DNA of 64,000 nucleotides from Candidatus Fervidifonticultor sextus (GCA_031459875.1 JAVKHQ010000001.1:214035-278034), one strand, 5' to 3'; positions 42,103 to 50,807 are shown, counted from the stretch's first letter. Notes: generated by a model from the sequence alone, not told the origin. Numbers and translations: made by a program.

Positions 42103-44384
42103 CGGCCCGTCACCGCGACGATCGGCGAGCCCGGGCTTCCCGCGCCTGGCGGCGTGATCGGGAAGGGCGTCTGCCACGGACCCACCGCCCAGTTCGTGGC
42201 GATGGTACCATCGGAGCCCTGGTAGAACACGTGCAACTGATCACGGCGCACGACAGCACCGAGGCCGGATCTCGGCCCGGCCGCGCCCGGCGGCGTAATG
42301 GCAAAAGGCTTCGCCCACGGCCCGACGGCCCAGTTCGTCGCCAGGGCCCCGTCGGGGCCGATATAGAAGATGTGCAACTGGTCGCCGCCGCGAACAACGG
42401 CGGCGAGCGGTGAATCGTTTCGAGCTGCGCCCGGCGGGGTAATGGGGAACGGCGCGGCCCAGGGACGGTCGGCGCTCCACGTGGTCGCGACGGCGCCATC
42501 AGGCCCGATGTAGAAAGCATGAAGTTGGCCCGCGCGGAGCGCAACCGCGATCGGCGAGCCGGAACGTCCTGCTCCCGGCGGCGTGATCGGGAACGGCCGC
42601 TGCCACGGTCCTACCGCCCAGTTCGTGGCAATGGCGCCGTCGGGCCCCTGGTAGAACACATGCAACTGGTCGGGTCCTCGCAGGACTGCCCGCAACTGAG
42701 ACCCGGGCCCGGCGGCACCGGATGGCGTGATCGGGAAGGGCGTCTGCCACGACCCGACGGCCCAGTTGGTCGCCACGGCGCCGTCTGGGGCGATGTAGAA
42801 GACATGGAGTTGGTCGCCGCCGCGGACAACAGCAGCCAGGGGCGAATCTGCACGAGCCGTGCCCGGCGGCGTGATGGCGACCGGAGCCGTCCACGGACGG
42901 CGAGGGTCACTCCAGGTCGTCGCGATCGCGCCGTCGGGCTGGACGAAGAACGCGTGGATCTGCGCTCCACGGTTCACGACGGTTATCGGCGTGTTCGGCC
43001 GTCCCGCGCCGGGCGGCGTGACCGGCTCAGGCGTCTGCCAGGGCCCGACGGCCCAGTTTGTGGCGATCGCGCCGTCACGCCCCTGGTAAAAGACGTGAAG
43101 CTCATCCGGACTCCCGGCCACGTTGCGCTCGAGTCTACCGCTGAACGGGCCGGGGCGGGCCACGGCCTCGCTGGTGATCCACTCAATCCTCACGCTCGTC
43201 GCACCTGGATTGAAGGTCCCAACCCGGATCGTGGTGCGGGTCATGCTGCCGTCGTGCCACCGCAGCGTCGGCGTCGTAGTCCTGCTGCCCCAGAGCATGT
43301 TGCCGCCTCGCCGGAGCGTCGGCGCGGCTTCAAGGTACACCCCAAGATGATTGCCCTCACCGCCGGTGAGGTTGGGAACCGTGGCGGGATTCTTGTCGCG
43401 GTCGTGAAGCACATGCCAGATGGCCACACCCTCGCCGCACACGTTCCGGTCGTAGTGGAACCCCGGTTGCCCTGGCGCGCGGTACTCCACGATGAAGTAC
43501 TCGTTCGGGCCCCGCGCCGGATCGTAGAGGATCACCGCCGAGTCCGTGGCCACATTGTTCGCCTGCAGGGTCTCGCTCCCTGAAGCCGCCAGCGAGCGGA
43601 TGCGAGGCTCCGCCCAGCCGAGTTGGAGCTTGTGCCACGGATCGAGGTGGACCGATTCGCGCCCGTCGGCGCCTCCGATCATCGGCCCCATCAATGTACA
43701 GCCTGCGTTGAGATTGTCGTTCGTCCCCCAGCGACCATAGAGATCCTTGGTGCCAAGGAAGTGACTCAGTTCGTGAGCGAGCAGAAACAGATTCGGCCGG
43801 TCCCCGACCAGCAGAACTGTCACGCACACTGAGACAGACGAACTGCCTGCCTTGATGCAGGCCGGATCAGTCCCTCTCGCGGCCCCGCTAGGGTAGCTCT
43901 CGATGATGAGAACCGCGAGCTCGCTTGCGGTCACTCTCCCGTCCCTGTTCGCGTCGAACGGCGCGAAGTCGAACCCGGACATCACCGCAGCCTCGATGAC
44001 TCGCGCCGGCCGCTTGTTGTCGTTGGTCTCCTGGCCCACGGCCGCTGGGAGTTGAAGGGGACCGATAATCCCTTGACCCGCACGCGACCAGAAGAAGCGC
44101 CCTCTCGAGTTCTCGAGGAAGTAGCCGTTCACGCTCGGGGGGCGCAACTGGTTGAAGACCAGTTCGTCGTAGAAGGCGTTGGTGTGAGCCAGCGGCGGCC
44201 GGCCCGCGTACTGTGCCGTGATCACGAGCAGGGAAACGCTTGAAGGCGGCTTCATCTTCTCGTGCCCGAAGTCGCGCAGTGTGAACTCAGGCGCACCTTC
44301 TGCGGGCACGAGCGCGAGCACGAGCGCGGCCGCGACGACGAGGGCGAGGGCCCAGATCTTCGTGAAGACCGCTTTCTGAGACAT
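42099..44384 (-). CDS. Secreted zinc metalloprotease (HExxHxxGxxDxY; M6 InhA-like / aspzincin-like) fused to a C-terminal PLL/AAL-lectin-like beta-propeller (paralog 3)
   Basis: Signal peptide MSQKAVFTKIWALALVVAAALVLALVPAEG (start at M43 of the track ORF, SD GAAGG). The zinc-binding site is LLAHELSHFLGTKDLYG (nt 43734-43775). Then about 9 blades of the same 47-aa repeat, ending ..ITPPGAGSPGSPIVAVTGR. Confidence 0.6.
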   Translation of the reverse strand: MSQKAVFTKIWALALVVAAALVLALVPAEGAPEFTLRDFGHEKMKPPSSVSLLVITAQYAGRPPLAHTNAFYDELVFNQLRPPSVNGYFLENSRGRFFWSRAGQGIIGPLQLPAAVGQETNDNKRPARVIEAAVMSGFDFAPFDANRDGRVTASELAVLIIESYPSGAARGTDPACIKAGSSSVSVCVTVLLVGDRPNLFLLAHELSHFLGTKDLYGRWGTNDNLNAGCTLMGPMIGGADGRESVHLDPWHKLQLGWAEPRIRSLAASGSETLQANNVATDSAVILYDPARGPNEYFIVEYRAPGQPGFHYDRNVCGEGVAIWHVLHDRDKNPATVPNLTGGEGNHLGVYLEAAPTLRRGGNMLWGSRTTTPTLRWHDGSMTRTTIRVGTFNPGATSVRIEWITSEAVARPGPFSGRLERNVAGSPDELHVFYQGRDGAIATNWAVGPWQTPEPVTPPGAGRPNTPITVVNRGAQIHAFFVQPDGAIATTWSDPRRPWTAPVAITPPGTARADSPLAAVVRGGDQLHVFYIAPDGAVATNWAVGSWQTPFPITPSGAAGPGSQLRAVLRGPDQLHVFYQGPDGAIATNWAVGPWQRPFPITPPGAGRSGSPIAVALRAGQLHAFYIGPDGAVATTWSADRPWAAPFPITPPGAARNDSPLAAVVRGGDQLHIFYIGPDGALATNWAVGPWAKPFAITPPGAAGPRSGLGAVVRRDQLHVFYQGSDGTIATNWAVGPWQTPFPITPPGAGSPGSPIVAVTGR

Positions 44385-44499
44385 GGCGACTGTCTGGCCT
44401 TCGTGTGAGGTGCGCCGCGAGGGGTCGATCAAGGGCGAAGGCAAACGAGCGCTCCTGGGCGATCGCCGCGACTGGCTGGACCAGGGGGCCGAAGGCATT

Positions 44500-44895
44500 C
44501 TAACGCCCAAGGAATAGCGCGGCAGGCCCGCTAATGCTCGTGCTGGGGCCCCCGATCGTGCGGATCGGCGCGACGTTCCCGTTCGCGCCGGGGGCGAAGA
44601 CCGTCACGGTGTTGGTAGCAAGGTTGGTCACATAGATGTTCCCGGCCGTGTCCTGTTCGACGTCCCGGGGGGTGCTGAGACCCGTATTCGCGCCGCCGAT
44701 CGTCCGAACCGGGGGTGCGTTCCCGCTCGCCATCGCGTCGTACACGGTTATCGTACTGGGGAGGGAATTGGCAACGTAAAGCATGGTGGCGCTTGGAACC
44801 TGGAGCGTCACCAAACCACACGCCGAGGCCAGAAGTGCGCTTACGGCCAGCAGGGTTACCCTGCGCATCTTGCCCATGGGCTCACCACCCCCCAT
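44500..44895 (-). CDS. Small YVTN-family beta-propeller-repeat protein, probable lipoprotein/secreted
   Basis: Two repeats: LYVANSLPSTITVYDAMASGNAPPVRTIGG and IYVTNLATNTVTVFAPGANGNVAPIRTIGG (YVTN/NHL-type). The N-terminus MGGGEPMGKMRRVTLLAVSALLASACGL is signal/lipobox-like. The track ORF's first 90 aa overlap the regulator gene, so the start is uncertain among M92, M98 and M101. Confidence 0.5.
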   Translation of the reverse strand: MGGGEPMGKMRRVTLLAVSALLASACGLVTLQVPSATMLYVANSLPSTITVYDAMASGNAPPVRTIGGANTGLSTPRDVEQDTAGNIYVTNLATNTVTVFAPGANGNVAPIRTIGGPSTSISGPAALFLGR

Positions 44896-44992
44896 CGGGT
44901 CCTTTTCACTGAGAGGAGCATAGGATGCTGCGGCGGCTGGTGCATCGCCCGGTTCGGGCCATTCTCCCCAGGAGGGGACGGGCGGGCGAGCG

Positions 44993-47647
44993 TCAGACGA
45001 TACCCAGTTCGTGCGCGCGCAGCGTCGCCTCGTGGCGCGATCCCACGCCCAGCTTGTCGTAGATGTTGGCGACGTGGCGCTTCGACGTGTGCGGACTGAT
45101 GGTGAGCGCTGCGGCGATCCTGGAGACACTCGCGCCGAGGGCCAGCAGGCGCAGGACCTCGATTTCACGTTCGGTCAGGTTCGCGGGATGCGTCTGAGGC
45201 ACCCGCTGCCCGTCCTCGGCCAGGTCGACGGCGACGTTGTCCGGCAGGCGCCGCCCCTCTGCCCACAGGCTGGCGAACCTGACTCCACCAAGCGCAGCCT
45301 TCGCCAACTGCTCTGCGCGCTGAATGCACGACCGTTCTTGAGGAAACGCGATCGCCCCGGTCCGTTCGCGAATGGAGGACGCAGCCGCGAGCAGCAGTGC
45401 CACGCGCGCGTGATCCTGTTGCGCTGAGGCGATCCAGGCGAATCGTTCCAGACATCGGGCGAGGCCATGACGGCGGCCGACCCTGACAAAGAACCCTGAT
45501 GCTTCCCGCAACATCGATGCCGCCTGCTGATGCTTCCCGACCTTGATGGCGACCTCCGCCGCCGACACCAGAGCCTGCGCCGCCAGTCCCTCATGCCCCG
45601 ACGAGCGGGCAGTCTCCAGCGCCTGGGCGAGCAGATCGCTGGCGGCCAAGGGGTCCCCGCGGTCTGCCGCAACACCTCCCAGTTCGACCTGCGTCAGAAA
45701 CACCCACCTCGTAGCCCCGCAGGTGTGCGCGAGGCTCAGGGCACTGTCCAACAGGGACGCCGCGCGTGCCAAGTCACCCTGATGCCTGGCCAGACGGCCG
45801 AGGCCCCAGGTCGCCTGCGCCACGCCAAGCGCGTCGCCAAGCCGTCGCCGGAGGGCCAGACTCTCTTCGTACAGAGCGGTCGCACGGCCAAAGTCCGCGA
45901 GATCGACCGCGATCGCGGCCAGGGTCTGCAGCACCCGAGCCACGCTCCCAGGCGGACCCGTCCGGCGGAGGATCCGAAGGCTCTCGGTATTCAGGTCGGC
46001 GCTTCGCCGGAGATGTCCGCGGAGGGACGCCAGGAATCCCAGATGGTGCAGGCACAGCGCCGCACCCCGTTCGTCGCCCGCCTCGCGCATCAGCCCAAGC
46101 GCCTCGCCCCACGCGCGCTCGGCAGCTTCGTACTCGCCCTGTTCGAGCCTGATGCTGGCAAGGAGGCTCAGGGCGTGCGCAACGGCCCGGCGGTCGTCGT
46201 GTTTCCGGAAAAGGGCCAGGCTGTCCACGAGGGCGCCTTCTGACTCCCTGAGGTCCCCGTGACGATGAAGCAGCACGGCGGTGGCAAACAGGGCACTCCC
46301 GCGCACCGCGTCGGGTGCCGCCTTGTCGGCGTCCAGGAGGCTCGTCAGCCACCGCGAGCCGGCAGCGAACTGGCCTCGGAGTTCCCAGTAGGGCAGTAGC
46401 GCCGTGGCCATCCGAAGGCCTCCCACGGTGTCTCCGCTGTCGCGAAAACCCTCGAGGGCCGCCCGCAGGTTGTCGTATTCGAGATCGAGACTCGTCGCCA
46501 CCTCAGCCTGCCGGGGACCGTTCATCTCGTGCCCGGCCTGCTCGGCCATGGCCAGGAAGAACCCTCGATGCCGCCGGAAGACCTCGGCAGCCTCATCGGC
46601 TTGCAGAAGCCATTCGCGCCCACGGGCTCGGACGGCGGCGGGCAGCCGACATCGGATCTGTCCGTCGCGGACCTCGCGAACCGCGAGTGACTGATCCACA
46701 AACTCGCCGATCATCTCCAGGATATCCGAGGGGCCGATCACGCCGCCAGCGCAGACGGTCTCCGCAGCGGTGATGGTCCAGCCGCCCGCAAACGCCGTAA
46801 GTCGCCGCAGCAGGACCCGTTCCTTGGCCGAGAGCAGGCTGAACCGCCACTCCAGCGTGTCAGGCGGCCCGCCGAGTGGAGGCGCCGCATGGCCGGAAAC
46901 GGACAGCCTCGCTCCCGCGGCCAGTCGCGCGTCGATCTCCTGCACGGACATGAACCGACACCACGCTGCGGCGAACTCGATCGCAAGCGGCACGCCGTCA
47001 AGCCGGCGGCAGATCCGCGCCACCGTCTCGCCGTTCTCGACTGTCAGCCGGAAGGCAGGCAGCGCGACCGCCGCTCGCTCGGCAAACAAGCGGACCGCCT
47101 CGTGCGACAGCAGGCTCATGGTCGTGACATGGAGAAACTCCGTGGGTGGAACCGAGAGCGGCGCAAGACTGTAGGTGTGTTCCTCTGCAAGACCGAGGCT
47201 CAGCCGGCTGGACGCGAGCACACGAAGATCGGTCGTCTCACCAAGCACGTCGCCAACGATGTCCGCGCAGGCCGCCGCCCAGTGCTCGCAGTTCTCAAGC
47301 ACGAGCAGCGCCGTTCGGGGGCGCAGGAACGCCTTGAGCACCAGGCGAGACGCTCTTCCCGGTTCGTCGCGCAGGCCGATCGCCGCACAAAGCGCCTCAG
47401 GAATTGAGTCGGGGGCGGACAGCGCGCTCAGGTCCACCCACCACACGCCGTCGGTATACCGATCGGTCATGCGGCTGGCTACTTCGAGCGCCAGCCGCGC
47501 CTTGCCAACTCCAGGAGGCCCGATCAGGGTGACCAGCCGGGATGCCGTCAGAAGGTCACAGATTTCCCGAATCTCACGGTCTCGCCCGACGAAGCTCGTC
47601 AAGTAGGTGGGTAGGTTGTGGTTGGAAACTCTGATCCGGCCCGGCAT
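44993..47647 (-). CDS. LuxR-family transcriptional regulator with N-terminal STAND/AAA ATPase and central TPR region (MalT/LAL-like)
   Basis: N-terminus NLPTYLTSFVGRDREIREICDLL, then Walker A LIGPPGVGKARLALEV. TPR-like helices run through the middle. The C-terminus LTEREIEVLRLLALGASVSRIAAALTISPHTSKRHVANIYDKLGV is a LuxR/GerE HTH. Confidence 0.8.
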   Translation of the reverse strand: MPGRIRVSNHNLPTYLTSFVGRDREIREICDLLTASRLVTLIGPPGVGKARLALEVASRMTDRYTDGVWWVDLSALSAPDSIPEALCAAIGLRDEPGRASRLVLKAFLRPRTALLVLENCEHWAAACADIVGDVLGETTDLRVLASSRLSLGLAEEHTYSLAPLSVPPTEFLHVTTMSLLSHEAVRLFAERAAVALPAFRLTVENGETVARICRRLDGVPLAIEFAAAWCRFMSVQEIDARLAAGARLSVSGHAAPPLGGPPDTLEWRFSLLSAKERVLLRRLTAFAGGWTITAAETVCAGGVIGPSDILEMIGEFVDQSLAVREVRDGQIRCRLPAAVRARGREWLLQADEAAEVFRRHRGFFLAMAEQAGHEMNGPRQAEVATSLDLEYDNLRAALEGFRDSGDTVGGLRMATALLPYWELRGQFAAGSRWLTSLLDADKAAPDAVRGSALFATAVLLHRHGDLRESEGALVDSLALFRKHDDRRAVAHALSLLASIRLEQGEYEAAERAWGEALGLMREAGDERGAALCLHHLGFLASLRGHLRRSADLNTESLRILRRTGPPGSVARVLQTLAAIAVDLADFGRATALYEESLALRRRLGDALGVAQATWGLGRLARHQGDLARAASLLDSALSLAHTCGATRWVFLTQVELGGVAADRGDPLAASDLLAQALETARSSGHEGLAAQALVSAAEVAIKVGKHQQAASMLREASGFFVRVGRRHGLARCLERFAWIASAQQDHARVALLLAAASSIRERTGAIAFPQERSCIQRAEQLAKAALGGVRFASLWAEGRRLPDNVAVDLAEDGQRVPQTHPANLTEREIEVLRLLALGASVSRIAAALTISPHTSKRHVANIYDKLGVGSRHEATLRAHELGIV

Positions 47648-47701
47648 ACCGCGACCCCGCTGATTTCGTAGGTCTACTACGCCGCGGCGCCGACTCCTTC
47701 A

Positions 47702-47899
47702 TCAGCGAGGGCGAGGACGCTCGGGCGCGTTCGCCACCCTGAAAAGAAAGCGCACGAGGCTGCGGGGCCCGGAGAACTCGAATGTCTGTTGCGTGGCTGC
47801 GTTGGTGACAGACCCGCACCACGTCGGTCGACTGCGGTCGGGTGCGCGCACCTCCCTCCACAGGCGCACGATGAACACTCGCTGGTCCACGCGGTACAT
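47702..47899 (-). CDS. Small conserved-looking ORF (65 aa) of unknown function immediately upstream of the LuxR-STAND regulator
   Basis: MYRVDQRVFIVRLWREVRAPDRSRPTWCGSVTNAATQQTFEFSGPRSLVRFLFRVANAPERPRPR has a non-random composition. The upstream part of the 193-aa track ORF is R/P/S-rich junk. Confidence 0.25.
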   Translation of the reverse strand: MYRVDQRVFIVRLWREVRAPDRSRPTWCGSVTNAATQQTFEFSGPRSLVRFLFRVANAPERPRPR

Positions 47900-48452
47900 C
47901 GTGCCGTGAAGCATGCGCCCCCACGGTCGTCGGCGCATCGCCCGGTTCGGGCCATTTGACCATGGACCGCCATCGCGACCGAACGAGTTCCTCGCGATTG
48001 AGGCCCAGCAGCCGCGGGCCGCCGATGACGGGGTATTGCGCCAGATCCTGTCCGCCACAAGCGGCGTGGCCTTGGGGCGAGCACGAGCACCCAGAGGTCG
48101 TGGGGGTTGCCGGTTGGTACGGACCAACGCTGAACGGAGCAAAAACGGATGTTTTGCTCCATGCTGTGGGGAAGGGGACGTACCATCAGGGGAAGTGCAC
48201 TGTTTGGCCTCGCGCCAGGCGCGGACCCGTTCAGGCCCCGCTTGGGTTCCTCTCAAGGGCGACCTCAGGCCCCGCTGTGGCACTCCAGCCGCTGGAAGGC
48301 GCCCAGCAGAGCCTTGAGCTCCTCTGCGGGTAGCTCACCGAGGATCTCCAGCAGGACCGTCCGCTGGGTAGCGGGGAAAATCAGGATCCAGGCAGAACCG
48401 CTCGTCCCCTGGGGGATGTCGCGCGCATTGCAAACCCGGGGAGGTGGACGAC

Positions 48453-48707
48453 CTACCCGATGCCCAGCGGCTCCTCTTCGCGCTGACGGCGGCGGATGGA
48501 CGGCGCCGGCATGGACGCGATCAGGGCCGCCGCGGCAAAGGCCACCAACCCGGCGACCGCCCAGGAGGCCGGGAGCTCAATGACCTCGGTCTCGGTCTTG
48601 ACGCGCACCGTGGATCCGGGCCCGATGCGGACGACGCCGCGCGCTTCGGCGAGCGCGGCGCCAAGCTCGATGATGGCGCGACGCATCCGGTCGAGGTCGA
48701 TCTCCAT
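48453..48707 (-). CDS. Small membrane protein of unknown function
   Basis: MEIDLDRMRRAIIELGAALAEARGVVRIGPGSTVRVKTETEVIELPASWAVAGLVAFAAAALIASM.. has one C-terminal TM helix. Encoded directly upstream of recO. Confidence 0.4.
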   Translation of the reverse strand: MEIDLDRMRRAIIELGAALAEARGVVRIGPGSTVRVKTETEVIELPASWAVAGLVAFAAAALIASMPAPSIRRRQREEEPLGIG

Positions 48708-48727
48708 CCCGGCACCTCCCGTCAAGA

Positions 48728-49531
48728 CTATACCACAGGAGCCCGCCGTTCAGTCCTCGGCGGGACCGCGGCGGGGGCAGGCACGCGCGTTGAGGCACGG
48801 AGACGGCCGACGATGCCCGGCGCCCGCAGCCGGACCTCCCACCGCGCCTCGGCATACCCCCGCAGGATCTCGGACGCAGCCGCCAGGTCGCGCGGGGCCG
48901 GCGCGACGCGCGCCACGGCCGCCGGTCGGGCGTCCAGCAGGAAGGTCAACAGGGCCACGGCGCTCTGGGCCACCGGGACGGCCTGCGGGTCCTTCGCGCT
49001 GCAGCCGGCGTGGAGGCAGCCGCCCTGGGAGGCACTCCACACCACCGGGGCGCGCAGCCGCCGGCCGCAGACGGCACACCGCTCCACCGCCGGCCGGTGC
49101 CCGGTGGCGGCCAGCAGCCGGGCCGCAAACCACACCCAGGCCGTCTCGCCGGCTCCGGCGTCAACAAGGTCCAGGGCCCGCCCGAGCAGCCGGTACACGT
49201 CGGGATGGGGGTGCCGCTCGGCCAGGGCCCGGTCGGCGAGTTCCAGGATCACCGCGGCCGTCCCCATGCGCTCCAGGTCCGACCGCAGAGGCGCGTGGGC
49301 GTCCAGCACCTCGACCTGCGAGATCACGTCCAGCGTGCGGCCCTCGGCGACCAGCGCGCGGAACCGCATGGCCGGCTCCAGGCGGCCGGCCAGGCGGCTG
49401 CGCGGCCTGCGCGCCCCGCGCGCCGCGACGGTCAGCTTTCCCCGGTCTGGGGTGAGGACCACGACGAGCCGGTCCGCCTCCCTCAGATTCCGCCGGCGCA
49501 GGACGATCCCTTCGATCGTGTAGACGCCCAC
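48728..49531 (-). CDS. recO: DNA repair protein RecO
   Basis: N-terminal OB-fold MGVYTIEGIVLRRRNLREADRLVVVLTPDRGKLTVAARGARR and zinc-finger CAVCGRRL...CLHAGC. 267 aa. Confidence 0.85.
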   Translation of the reverse strand: MGVYTIEGIVLRRRNLREADRLVVVLTPDRGKLTVAARGARRPRSRLAGRLEPAMRFRALVAEGRTLDVISQVEVLDAHAPLRSDLERMGTAAVILELADRALAERHPHPDVYRLLGRALDLVDAGAGETAWVWFAARLLAATGHRPAVERCAVCGRRLRAPVVWSASQGGCLHAGCSAKDPQAVPVAQSAVALLTFLLDARPAAVARVAPAPRDLAAASEILRGYAEARWEVRLRAPGIVGRLRASTRVPAPAAVPPRTERRAPVV

Positions 49532-49568
49532 GGCTAGCCGGGCGCGCGGCGCGCGGCCCCCGGCGCGT

Positions 49569-50801
49569 TCACCGCCGCACCAGGAGCAGGGCCAGGCTGA
49601 GGGCGATCAGCAGCCCTGTCGTCGCCCTGGCGATCCCGTTGGAGGCGGTGCGGTTGGTCCACGGCCCCATCAGACGCCGGTCGTTGACCAGGCGAAGCAT
49701 GATCACCAGCACCGCAGGCAGGAGGATGCCGTTGAGGGCCTGGGAGGCGACCATGATGGCCACCAGGGGCAGGCCGGGCCAGAGCACCACAAGCGCGCCC
49801 CCTCCGAGGATGGCGAAGAACAGGCCGTAGAAGACCGGCGCCTGGGCAGTGGTGCGGTCCAGGCCGGCCTCCCAGCCGAAGGCCTCGCACACCGCGTAGG
49901 CGGTCGACAGGGGAATGATTGCGACCGAGAAGACCGCCGCGTTCAGCAGGCCGATGGCGAAGAGCGCGGAGGCGTAGGCCCCGGCCAGCGGCGCCAGGGC
50001 CCGGGCGGCATCCTCGGCGCGCTCGACGTGGATCCCGTGGGGGAAGAGGGTCGCGGCCGTGGCCACGATGATCGATCCGGCGACCAGCCCGGTGACCAGC
50101 GCGCCCAGGGCCACGTCGATGCGCTCGAACCGCAGGTCATCTGCCGTCAGCCCCTTGTCCACGATGGCGGCCTGGTGGTAGAACTGCATCCACGGAGCGA
50201 TCGTCGTCCCGACGAGCGCGATGACCATGTAGATGTAGCCCGGCTCCCACCTGAAGGCCGGCACCACGGTCGCCTGCAACACCTCTCCCCACTGCGGCCG
50301 GGCCAGGACCGCGGAGACCGCGTACAGCACGTACAGGGCCGAGGCCACGAGAAAGATGCGCTCCACCAGGCGATAGCCGCCGCGCACGACCAGGAGCCCC
50401 ACCGCCACCGCCACGATGGGCACGCCGACCAGCCGGGGGACGCGGAAGATCTCCAGAGCGCCGGCCACGCCGGCGAAGTTACCGATCGTGTTCGCCAGGT
50501 TCGCCAGCAGGAGCACGGCCATGACCCACGCGGTGACGGGGACCCCGAACTGCTCGCGGATCAGGTCCGCCAGCCCCATCCCGGTGACCGCGCCCATGCG
50601 CGCGACCATCTCCTGCACGACGATCAGGGCCACGACGGCCACCGGGATCGTCCACAGGAGGACGTTCCCGAAATCCGCCCCGGCGGTGGCGTAGGTGGCG
50701 ACGCCGTTGGCATCGTTGTCCACGGCCGCGGTGATGATCCCCGGACCGGCCACCGACAGGAAGACCGCCAGGCCCGCCCAGCGCTGCCGAGCCCAGCGCA
50801 C
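49569..50801 (-). CDS. Nramp-family transporter with non-canonical metal-site residues (NRMT-like, possible Mg2+ transporter)
   Basis: 410 aa, 11-12 TM helices, NRAMP-like topology. The TM1 motif is AVDNDANGVATY rather than the canonical DPGN. The TM6 motif is GTTIAPWMQFY rather than AxxMPH, so the metal-binding Met is replaced by Ala. Confidence 0.65.
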   Translation of the reverse strand: MRWARQRWAGLAVFLSVAGPGIITAAVDNDANGVATYATAGADFGNVLLWTIPVAVVALIVVQEMVARMGAVTGMGLADLIREQFGVPVTAWVMAVLLLANLANTIGNFAGVAGALEIFRVPRLVGVPIVAVAVGLLVVRGGYRLVERIFLVASALYVLYAVSAVLARPQWGEVLQATVVPAFRWEPGYIYMVIALVGTTIAPWMQFYHQAAIVDKGLTADDLRFERIDVALGALVTGLVAGSIIVATAATLFPHGIHVERAEDAARALAPLAGAYASALFAIGLLNAAVFSVAIIPLSTAYAVCEAFGWEAGLDRTTAQAPVFYGLFFAILGGGALVVLWPGLPLVAIMVASQALNGILLPAVLVIMLRLVNDRRLMGPWTNRTASNGIARATTGLLIALSLALLLVRR

Positions 50802-50807
50802 GCGCCC

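Larger units (their letters stand above)
39602..43100 (-). repeat. Intragenic tandem repeats (about 141-nt / 47-aa period) shared by three adjacent paralogous genes
   Basis: The nucleotide motif CCGGCGGCGTGAT(n)GGGAA(n)GGCG..CCACGG.CC..CGCCCAG(T)TCGT(G)GC recurs about 20 times across the three genes. The last 80-150 nt of each gene are almost identical. Confidence 0.7.

Noticed and set aside
47574-48283. Overlapping minus-strand ORFs of 129, 169 and 193 aa upstream of the LuxR regulator
   Set aside because: They are R/P/S-rich. Only the last 65 codons of the 193-aa frame have protein-like composition, and these are listed as a low-confidence small ORF.
48149-48583. 144-aa plus-strand ORF starting at the ATG inside the AT-rich hairpin
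   Set aside because: The product is R/P/S-rich low-complexity and antisense to the small membrane protein gene 48453-48707. Only the hairpin and RBS-like geometry are noted as a finding.
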